This document shows, piece by piece, positions 52,901-64,000 of a DNA stretch of 64,000 nucleotides (position 1 is its first letter; each line of letters opens with the position of its first letter). The notes below the pieces were generated by a model. The model worked only from the letters and a program-made list of their open reading frames with translations. It was not told the DNA's origin and searched no databases. The position numbers were made by a program, and so were the translations under genes. The DNA is from Malacoraja senta (Eukaryota). The stretch is taken from NCBI GenBank assembly GCA_038087875.1, contig CM075997.1, positions 8,806,001 to 8,870,000 of the forward strand. Reading direction: 5' to 3'.

Positions 52901-55900
52901 CACTTTTTGTAAACATTTTGGAACCAAGACACACACTTTTTGCAAATATTTTAGAACCAAGACACACACTTTTAACAAACATTTTAGATCCAAAACACTT
53001 TTTGCAAACATTTTAGATCCAGTACACACACTTTTTGCAAACATTTTAGAACCAAGACACACACTTTTTGCAAACATTTTAGAACCAAGACACACACAGT
53101 TTGAAAACATTTTAGAATCAAAACACTTTTTGCAATCATTTTATAACCAAAATACATTTTGCAAACATTTTAGAACCAAGCCACTCACTTTTTGCAAACA
53201 TTTCAGAACCAAGCCACACACTTTTTGCTAACAATTTAGAAGCAAACACACACTTTTGTAAACATTTTAGAACCAAGTCACACACTTTTTGCAAACATTT
53301 TAGAACCAAGACACACACATTTTGAAAACATTTTAGAACCAAAACACTTTTTGCAAATTTTAGAACCAAAATATTTTTTGCAAACATTTTAGAACCAAGA
53401 CACACACTTTTTGCAAACATTTTAGAACCAAGACACACACTTTTTGTAAACATTTTAGAACCAAGACACACACTTTTTGCAAACATTTTAGAACCAATAC
53501 ACACACTTTTTGCAAACATTTCAGAACCAAGAAACACACTTTTTGCAAACATTTTAGAAGCAAGACACACACTTTTTGTAAACATTTTAGAACCAAGACA
53601 CAGACTTTTTGCAAACATTTTTGAACCAAGACACACACATTTTGCAGACATTTTAGAACCAAGACACACATTTTTTGCAAACATTTTAGAACAAAAACAC
53701 ATACTTTTTGAAAACATTTTCGAACCAAAACACATAATTTTTCAAAACATTTTAGACCCAAAAGACTTTTTGCAAACATTTTAGAACCAAAACACTTTGT
53801 AAACATTTTTGAAGCAAAAACACCTTTTGCAAACATTTTAGAACCAAAATATTTTGCAAACATTTTAGAACCAAATCAATTTTTGCAAACAATTTAGAAC
53901 CAAAACACCTTCTGCAATCATTTTCGAAGCAAAACACTTTTTGCAAACATTTTAGAACCAAATCATTTTGCAAACATTTTAGAACCAAAACACTTTTTGC
54001 CAACATTTTAGAACCAATACACACACTTTTTGCAAACATTTTAGAACCAAAACACTTTTTGCTAACATATTAGAACCAATACACCTTTTGCAAACATTTA
54101 GAACCAAGACACACACATTTTGCAAACATTTTAGAACCAAGTCACACACTTTTTGAAAACATTTTAGAACCAAGACACACACTTTTTGCAAATATTTTAG
54201 AACCAAGACACACACATTTTGAAAACATTTTAGAACCAAAACACTTTTTGCAAATTTTAGAACCAAAATATTTTTTGCAACCATTTTAGAACCAAGACAC
54301 ACACTTTTTGTAAACATTTTAGAACCAAGACACACACTTTTTGCAAACATTTTAGAACCAATGCACACACTTTTTGCAAACATTTCAGAACCAAGAAACA
54401 CACTTTTTGCAAACATTTTAGAAGCAAGACACAGACTTTTTGTAAACATTTTAGAACCAAGACACAGACTTTTTGCAAACATTTTTGAACCAAGACACAC
54501 ACATTTTGCAGACATTTTAGAACCAAGACACACATTTTTTGCAAACATTTTAGAACAAAAACACATACTTTTTGAAAACATTTTCGAACCAAAACACAGA
54601 ATTTTTCAAAACATTTTAGACCCAAAAGACTTTTTGCAAACATTTTAGAACCAAAACACTTTGCAAACATTTTTGAAGCAAAAACACCTTTTGCAAACAT
54701 TTTAGAACCAAAACATTTTGCAAACATTTTGCAAACATTTTAGAACCAAATCCATTTTTGCAAACAATTTAGAACCAAAACACTTTTTGCAAACATTTAA
54801 GAACCAAAACACCTTTTGCAAACATTTTAGAAACAAATCATTTTGCAAACATTTTAGAACCAAAACACTTTTTGCAAACATTTCAGAACAAAGACACACT
54901 ATTTTTGCAAACATTTCAGAACAAAGACACACAATTTTTGCAAACAATTTAGAACCAAGACACACTTTTTGCAAACATTTTAGAACCAAGACACACACTT
55001 TTTGCAAACATTTTAGAAGCACGACACACACTTTTTGTAAACATTTTGGAACCAAGACACACACTTTTTGCAAACATTTTAGAAACAAGACACACACTTA
55101 TTCCAAACATTTTAGAACCAAGACACACACTTTTAGCAAACATTTTAGATCCAAAACACTTTTTGCAAATATTTTAGAACCAGTACACACACTTTTTGCA
55201 AACATTTTGGAACCAAGACACACACTTTTTGCAAACATTTTAGAAACAAGACACACACTTATTCCAAACATTTTAGAACCAAGACACACACTTTTAGCAA
55301 ACATTTTAGATCCAAAACACTTTTTGCAAACATTTTAGAACCAGTACACACACTTTTTGCAAACATTTTAGAACCAAGACACACACTTTTTGCAAACATT
55401 TCAGAACCAAGCCACACACTTTTTGCAAACATTTTAGAACCAAGACACACACTTTTTGCAAACATTTTAGAACCAAGACACACACATTTTGAAAACATTT
55501 TAGAACCAAAACACTTTTTGCAAATTTTAGAACCAAAATATTTTTTGCAAACATTTTAGAACCAAGACACACACTTTTTGCAAACATTTTAGAACCAATA
55601 CACACACTTTTTGCAAACATTTCAGAACCAAGACACACACTTTTTGCAAACATTTTAGAACCAAAACACTTTTTGCAAACATTTTAGAACCAAGCCACTC
55701 ACTTTTTGCAAACATTTCAGAACCAAGACACACACTTTTTGCAATTTAGAAGCAAGACACACAATTTTTGCAAACATTTTAGAACAAAGACACACACATT
55801 TTGCAAACATTTTAGAACCAAGTCACACACTTTTTGAAAACATTTTAGAACCAAGACACACACTTTTTGCTAACATTTTAGAACCAAGACACACACATTT

Positions 55901-58900
55901 TGAAAACATTTTAGAACCAAGACACACACTTTTTGCAAACATTTTAGAACCAAAACACTTTTTGCAAACATTTTAGAACCAAAATATTTTTTGCAAACAT
56001 TTTAGAACCAAGACACACACTTTTTGCAAACATTTTAGAACCAAGACACACACTTTTTGTAAACATTTTAGAACCAAGACACAGACTTTTTGCAAACATT
56101 TTTGAACCAAGACACACAAATTTTGCAGACATTTTAGAACCAAGACACACATTTTTGCAAACATTTTAGAACCAAAACACATACTTTTTGAAAACATTTT
56201 AGAACCAAAACACATACTTTTTGAAAACATTTTAGACCCAGAACACTTTTTGCAAACATTTTAGAACCAAAACACTTTTTGCAAACATTTTTGAAGCAAA
56301 AACACATACATTTTGCAAACATTTTAGAACCAAATCATTTTGCAATCATTTTAGAACCAAAACACTTTTTCAAACATTTTAGAACCAAATCATTTTGCAA
56401 ACATTTTAGAACCAAAACACTTTTTGCAAACATTTTAGAACCAATACACACACCTTTTGCAAACATTTTAGAACCAAGACCCACACATTTTGCAAACATT
56501 TTAGAACGAAGACACACACTTTTTGAAAGCATTATAGAAACAAGACACACAATTTTTGCAAACATTTTAGAACCAAAATACTTTTTGCAAACATTTTAGA
56601 ACCAATACACACACTTTTTGCAAACATTTTAGAACCAAGACACTTTTTGCTAACATATTAGAACCAATACACCTTTTGCAAACATTTTAGAACCAAGACA
56701 CTTTTTGCAAATATTTCAGAACCAAGACACCCTCTTTTTGCAAACATTTTAGAACCAAGACACACACTTTTTGCAAACATTTTAGAACCAAGACACACAC
56801 ATTTTGCAAACATTTCAGAACCAAGACACACACTTTTTGCAAACATTTTAGAACCAAGACACACACATTTTGCAAACATTTTAGAACCAAGACACACATA
56901 TTTTGAAAACATTTCAGAACCAATACACACACTTTTTGCAAACATTTCAGAACCAAGACACACACTTTTTGCAAACATTTTAGAACCAAAACACATACTT
57001 TTTGCAAACATTTTAGAACCAAAATACATACTTTTTGAAAACATTTTAGAACCAAAACACATACTTTTTGAAAACATTTTAGACCCAAAACTCTTTTTGC
57101 AAACATTTTTGAAGCAAAAACACCTTTTGCAAACATTTTAGAACCAAAACATTTTGCAAACATTTTAGAACCAAATCAATTTTTGCAAACAATTTAGAAC
57201 CAAAACACTTTTTGCAAACATTTAAGAACCAAAACACTTTTTGCAAACATTTTAGAACCAAAACACTTTTTGCAAACATTTCAGAACAAAGACACACTAT
57301 TTTTGCAAACATTTTAGAACCAAATTATGTTGCAAACATTTTAGAACCAAAACACTTTTTGCAAACATTTTTGAACCAAAACACATTTTGCAAACATTTT
57401 AGAACTAAAACACTTTTTGCAAACATTTTAGAACCAAAACACTTTTTGCAAACATTTCAGAACAAAGACACACTATTTTTGCAAACATTTCAGAACAAAG
57501 ACACACTATTTTTGCAAACATTTCAGAACAAAGACACACAATTTTTGCAAACATTTTAGAACCAAGACACACACTTTTTGTAAACATTTTGGAACCAAGA
57601 CACACACTTTTTGCAAATATTTTAGAAACAAGACACACACTTATTGCAAACATTTTAGAACCAAGACACACACTTTTAACAAACATTTTAGATCCAAAAC
57701 ACTTTTTGCAAACATTTTAGATCCAGTACACACACTTTTTGCAAACATTTTAGAACCAAGACACACACTTTTTGCAAACATTTTAGAACCAAGACACACA
57801 CAGTTTGAAAACATTTTAGAATCAAAACACTTTTTGCAATCATTTTATAACCAAAATACATTTTGCAAACATTTTAGAACCAAGCCACTCACTTTTTGCA
57901 AACATTTCAGAACCAAGCCACACACTTTTTGCTAACAATTTAGAAGCAAACACACACTTTTGTAAACATTTTAGAACCAAGTCACACACTTTTTGCAAAC
58001 ATTTTAGAACCAAGACACACACATTTTGAAAACATTTTAGAACCAAAACACTTTTTGCAAATTTTAGAACCAAAATATTTTTTGCAAACATTTTAGAACC
58101 AAGACACACACTTTTTGCAAACATTTTAGAACCAAGACACACACTTTTTGTAAACATTTTAGAACCAAGACACACACTTTTTGCAAACATTTTAGAACCA
58201 ATACACACAATTTTTGCAAACATTTCAGAACCAAGAAACACACTTTTTGCAAACATTTTAGAACCAAGTCACACACTTTTTGCAAACATTTTAGAACCAA
58301 GACACACACATTTTGAAAACATTTTAGAACCAAAACACTTTTTGCAAATTTTAGAACCAAAATATTTTTTGCAAACATTTTAGAACCAAGACACACACTT
58401 TTTGCAAACATTTTAGAACCAAGACACACACTTTTTGTAAACATTTTAGAACCAAGACACACACTTTTTGCAAACATTTTAGAACCAATACACACACTTT
58501 TTGCAAACATTTCAGAACCAAGAAACACACTTTTTGCAAACATTTTAGAAGCAAGACACACACTTTTTGTAAACATTTTAGAACCAAGACACAGACTTTT
58601 TGCAAACATTTTTGAACCAAGACACACACATTTTGCAGACATTTTAGAACCAAGACACACATTTTTTGCAAACATTTTAGAACAAAAACACATACTTTTT
58701 GAAAACATTTTCGAACCAAAACACATAATTTTTCAAAACATTTTAGACCCAAAAGACTTTTTGCAAACATTTTAGAACCAAAACACTTTGCAAACATTTT
58801 TGAAGCAAAAACACCTTTTGCAAACATTTTAGAACCAAAACATTTTGCAAACATTTTGCAAACATTTTAGAACCAAATCCATTTTTGCAAACAATTTAGA

Positions 58901-61900
58901 ACCAAAACACTTTTTGCAAACATTTAAGAACCAAAACACCTTTTGCAAACATTTTAGAACCAAATCATTTTGCAAACATTTTAGAACCAAAACACTTTTT
59001 GCAAACATTTCAGAACAAAGACACACTATTTTTGCAAACATTTCAGAACAAAGACACACTATTTTTGCAAACATTTCAGAACAAAGACACACAATTTTTG
59101 CAAACATTTTAGAACCAAGACACACTTTTTGCAAACATTTTAGAACCAAGACACACACTTTTTGCAAACATTTTAGAAGCACGACACACACTTTTTGTAA
59201 ACATTTTGGAACCAAGACACACACTTTTTGCAAACATTTTAGAAACAAGACACACACTTATTCCAAACATTTTAGAACCAAGACACACACTTTTAGCAAA
59301 CATTTTAGATCCAAAACACTTTTTGCAAATATTTTAGAACCAGTACACACACTTTTTGCAAACATTTTGGAACCAAGACACACACTTTTTGCAAACATTT
59401 TAGAAACAAGACACACACTTATTCCAAACATTTTAGAACCAAGACACACTTTTAGCAAACATTTTAGATCCAAAACACTTTTTGCAAACATTTTAGAACC
59501 AGTACACACACTTTTTGCAAACATTTTAGAACCAAGACACACACTTTTTGCAAACATTTCAGAACCAAGCCACACACTTTTTGCAAACATTTTAGAACCA
59601 AGACACACACTTTTTGCAAACATTTTAGAACCAAGACACACACATTTTGAAAACATTTTAGAACCAAAACACTTTTTGCAAATTTTAGAACCAAAATATT
59701 TTTTGCAAACATTTTAGAACCAAGACACACACTTTTTGCAAACATTTTAGAACCAATACACACACTTTTTGCAAACATTTCAGAACCAAGACACACACTT
59801 TTTGCAAACATTTTAGAACCAAAACACTTTTTGCAAACATTTTCGAAGCAAAACACTTTTTGCAAACATTTTAGAACCAAATCATTTTGCAAACATTTTA
59901 GAACCAAAACACTTTTTGCAAACATTTTTGAACCAAAACACATTTAGCAAACATTTTAGAACTAAAACACTTTTTGCAAACATTTTAGAACCAAAACACT
60001 TTTTGCAAACATTTCAGAACAAAGACACACTATTTTTGCAAACATTTCAGAACAAAGACACACTATTTTTGCAAACATTTCAGAACAAAGACACACTATT
60101 TTTGCAAACATTTCAGAACAAAGACACACAATTTTTGCAAACATTTTAGAACCAAGAAACACTTTTTGCAAACATTTTAGAACCAAGACACACACTTTTT
60201 GCAAACATTTTAGAAGCACGACACACATTTTTTGCAAACATTTTAGAACCAAGACACACACTTTTTGCAAACATTTTAGAACCAAGACACACACTTTTTG
60301 CAAATATTTCAGAAGCAAGACACACACTTTTTGAAAACAATTTAGAACCAAGACACACACTTTTTGCAAACATTTTAGAACCAAAATACATACTTTTTGA
60401 AAACATTTTAGAACCAAAACACATACTTTTTGAAAACATTTTAGACCCAAAACACTTTTTGCAAACATTTAAGAACCAAAACACCTTTTGCAAACATTTT
60501 AGAACCAAATCATTTTGCAAACATTTTAGAACCAAAACACTTTTTGCAAACATTTCAGAACAAAGACACACTATTTTTGCAAACATTTCAGAACAAAGAC
60601 ACACAATTTTTGCAAACAATTTAGAACCAAGACACACTTTTTGCAAACATTTTAGAACCAAGACACACACTTTTTGCAAACATTTTAGAAGCACGACACA
60701 CACTTTTTGTAAACATTTTGGAACCAAGACACACACTTTTTGCAAACATTTTAGAAACAAGACACACACTTATTCCAAACATTTTAGAACCAAGACACAC
60801 ACTTTTAGCAAACATTTTAGATCCAAAACACTTTTTGCAAATATTTTAGAACCAGTACACACACTTTTTGCAAACATTTTGGAACCAAGACACACACTTT
60901 TTGCAAACATTTTAGAAACAAGACACACACTTATTCCAAACATTTTAGAACCAAGACACACACTTTTAGCAAACATTTTAGATCCAAAACACTTTTTGCA
61001 AACATTTTAGAACCAGTACACACACTTTTTGCAAACATTTTAGAACCAAGACACACACTTTTTGCAAACATTTCAGAACCAAGCCACACACTTTTTGCAA
61101 ACATTTTAGAACCAAGACACACACTTTTTGCAAACATTTTAGAACCAAGACACACACATTTTGAAAACATTTTAGAACCAAAAGACTTTTTGCAAATTTT
61201 AGAACCAAAATATTTTTTGCAAACATTTTAGAACCAAGACACACACTTTTTGCAAACATTTTAGAACCAATACACACACTTTTTGCAAACATTTCAGAAC
61301 CAAGACACACACTTTTTGCAAACATTTTAGAACCAAAACACTTTTTGCAAACATTTTCGAAGCAAAACACTTTTTGCAAACATTTTAGAACCAAATCATT
61401 TTGCAAACATTTTAGAACCAAAACACTTTTTGCAAACATTTTTGAACCAAAACACATTTAGCAAACATTTTAGAACTAAAACACTTTTTGCAAACATTTT
61501 AGAACCAAAACACTTTTTGCAAACATTTCAGAACAAAGACACACTATTTTTGCAAACATTTCAGAACAAAGACACACTATTTTTGCAAACATTTCAGAAC
61601 AAAGACACACAATTTTTGCAAACATTTTAGAACCAAGACACACTTTTTGCAAACATTTTAGAACGAAGACACACACTTTTTGCAAACATTTTAGAAGCAC
61701 GACACACACTTTTTGTAAACATTTTGGAACCAAGACACACACTTTTTGCAAACATTTTAGAAACAAGACACACACTTATTGCAAACATTTTAGAACCAAG
61801 ACACACACTTTTAGCAAACATTTTAGATCCAAAACACTTTTTGCAAACATTTTAGAACCAGTACACACACTTTTTGCAAACATTTTAGAACCAAGACACA

Positions 61901-64000
61901 CACTTTTTGCAAACATTTTAGAACCAAGACACACACAGTTTGAAAACATTTTAGAATCAAAACACTTTTTGCAATCATTTTATAACCAAAATACATTTTG
62001 CAAACATTTTAGAACCAAGCCACTCACTTTTTGCAAACATTTCAGAACCAAGCCACACACTTTTTGCTAACAATTTAGAAGCAAACACACACTTTTGTAA
62101 ACATTTTAGAACCAAGTCACACACTTTTTGCAAACATTCTAGAACCAAGACACACACATTTTGAAAACATTTTAGAACCAAAACACTTTTTGCAAATTTT
62201 AGAACCAAAATATTTTTTGCAAACATTTTAGAACCAAGACACACACTTTTTGCAAACATTTTAGAACCAAGACACACACTTTTTGTAAACATTTTAGAAC
62301 CAAGACACACACTTTTTGCAAACATTTTAGAACCAATACACACACTTTTTGCAAACATTTCAGAACCAAGAAACACACTTTTTGCAAACATTTTAGAAGC
62401 AAGACACACACTTTTTGTAAACATTTTAGAACCAAGACACAGACTTTTTGCAAACATTTTTGAACCAAGACACACACATTTTGCAGACATTTTAGAACCA
62501 AGACACACATTTTTTGCAAACATTTTAGAACAAAAACACATACTTTTAGAAAACATTTTCGAACCAAAACACATAATTTTTCAAAACATTTTAGACCCAA
62601 AAGACTTTTTGCAAACATTTTAGAACCAAAACACTTTGCAAACATTTTTGAAGCAAAAACACCTTTTGCAAACATTTTAGAACCAAAACATTTTGCAAAC
62701 ATTTTAGAACCAAATCCATTTTTGCAAACAATTTAGAACCAAAACACTTTTTGCAAACATTTAAGAACCAAAACACCTTTTGCAAACATTTTCGAAGCAA
62801 AACACTTTTTGCAAACATTTTAGAACCAAATCATTTTGCAAACATTTTAGAACCAAAACACTTTTTGCCAACATTTTAGAACCAATACACACACCTTTTG
62901 CAAACATTTTAGAACCAAAACACTTTTTGCTAACATATTAGAACCAATACACCTTTTGCAAACATTTAGAACCAAGACACACACATTTTGCAAACATTTT
63001 AGAACCAAGTCACACACTTTTTGAAAACATTTTAGAACCAAGACACACACTTTTTGCAAACATTTTAGAACCAAGACACACACATTTTGAAAACATTTTA
63101 GAACCAAAACACTTTTTGCAAATTTTAGAACCAAAATATTTTTTGCAACCATTTTAGAACCAAGACACACACTTTTTGTAAACATTTTAGAACCAAGACA
63201 CACACTTTTTGCAAACATTTTAGAACCAATACACACACTTTTTGCAAACATTTCAGAACCAAGAAACACACTTTTTGCAAACATTTTAGAAGCAAGACAC
63301 AGACTTTTTGCAAACATTTTAGAACCAAGACACACACTTTTTTGCAAACATTTCAGAAAAGACACACTTTCTGCAAACATTTTAGAACCAATACACACAC
63401 TTTTTGCAAAGATTTCGGAACCAAGACACAATTTTTGCAAACATTTCAGAACCAAGGCACACAATTTTTGCAAACATTTTAGAACCAAGACACACTTTTT
63501 GCAAACATTTTAGAACGAAGACACACACTTTTTGCAAACATTTTAGAACCAAGACAAACACTTTTTGCAAACATTTTAGAAACAAGACACACACTTATTG
63601 CAAACATTTTAGAACCAAGACACACACTTTTAGCAAACATTTTAGATCCAAAACACTTTTTGCAAACATTTTAGAACCAGTACACACATTTTTGCAAACA
63701 TTTTAGAACCAAGACACACACTTTTTGCAAACATTTTAGAACCAAGACACACACAGTTTGAAAACATTTTAGAATCAAAACACTTTTTGCAATCATTTTA
63801 TAACCAAAATACATTTTGCAAACATTTTAGAACCAAGCCACTCACTTTTTGCAAACATTTCAGAACCAAGCCACACACTTTTTGCTAACAATTTAGAAGC
63901 AAACACACACTTTTGTAAACATTTTAGAACCAAGTCACACACTTTTTGCAAACATTTTAGAACCAAGACACACACATTTTGAAAACATTTTAGAACCAAA
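49934..64000. repeat. 33-bp satellite array with higher-order structure
   Basis: Same monomer; 49934-58800 parallels 17339-25700; runs off the right edge. Confidence 0.97.

Noticed and set aside
17230..64000. Well over a hundred Cys/Lys/Val-rich ORFs ([33 protein letters not shown] repeats), some 340 aa
   Set aside because: They are the reading frames of a 33-bp (11-codon) repeat, overlap in several frames on both strands and shift at every 29/31-bp variant; no sign of frame conservation.
1..64000. Telomeric repeat, rRNA/tRNA genes or host exons
   Set aside because: No TTAGGG arrays or RNA-gene structure seen; all non-satellite sequence is accounted for by transposable elements.

Overview
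Eukaryotic tandem-repeat (satellite) DNA with no host gene. About two thirds of the window is an AT-rich satellite with a 33-bp consensus (TTTTTGCAAACATTTTAGAACCAAGACACACAC; also 27/29/31-bp variants), organised into kilobase-scale higher-order repeats (periods about 4.2-4.5 kb). The first 17 kb holds a cluster of insertions: two 5'-truncated CR1-type LINEs (the second carrying a nested non-autonomous retroposon and a nested MITE), an RT/RNase H-deleted Gypsy (Mag-like) LTR element in an odd LTR-internal-LTR-gag' arrangement bounded by a 5-bp target duplication, and a full-length but defective L1-clade LINE. The same L1 and its satellite flanks recur about 32.6 kb downstream as part of a roughly 16-kb segmental duplication. 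Every retroelement is on the minus strand, and all primary insertions fall within about 10 bp of the same AGAACC motif of the monomer. The many Cys/Lys/Val-rich ORFs in the track are translation artefacts of the 33-bp repeat. The CR1 family style suggests a cartilaginous fish (inference only). I see no new protein-coding system; the best candidates for novelty are the satellite/HOR architecture (possible centromere edge), apparent satellite-targeted retrotransposition and the aberrant LTR element.
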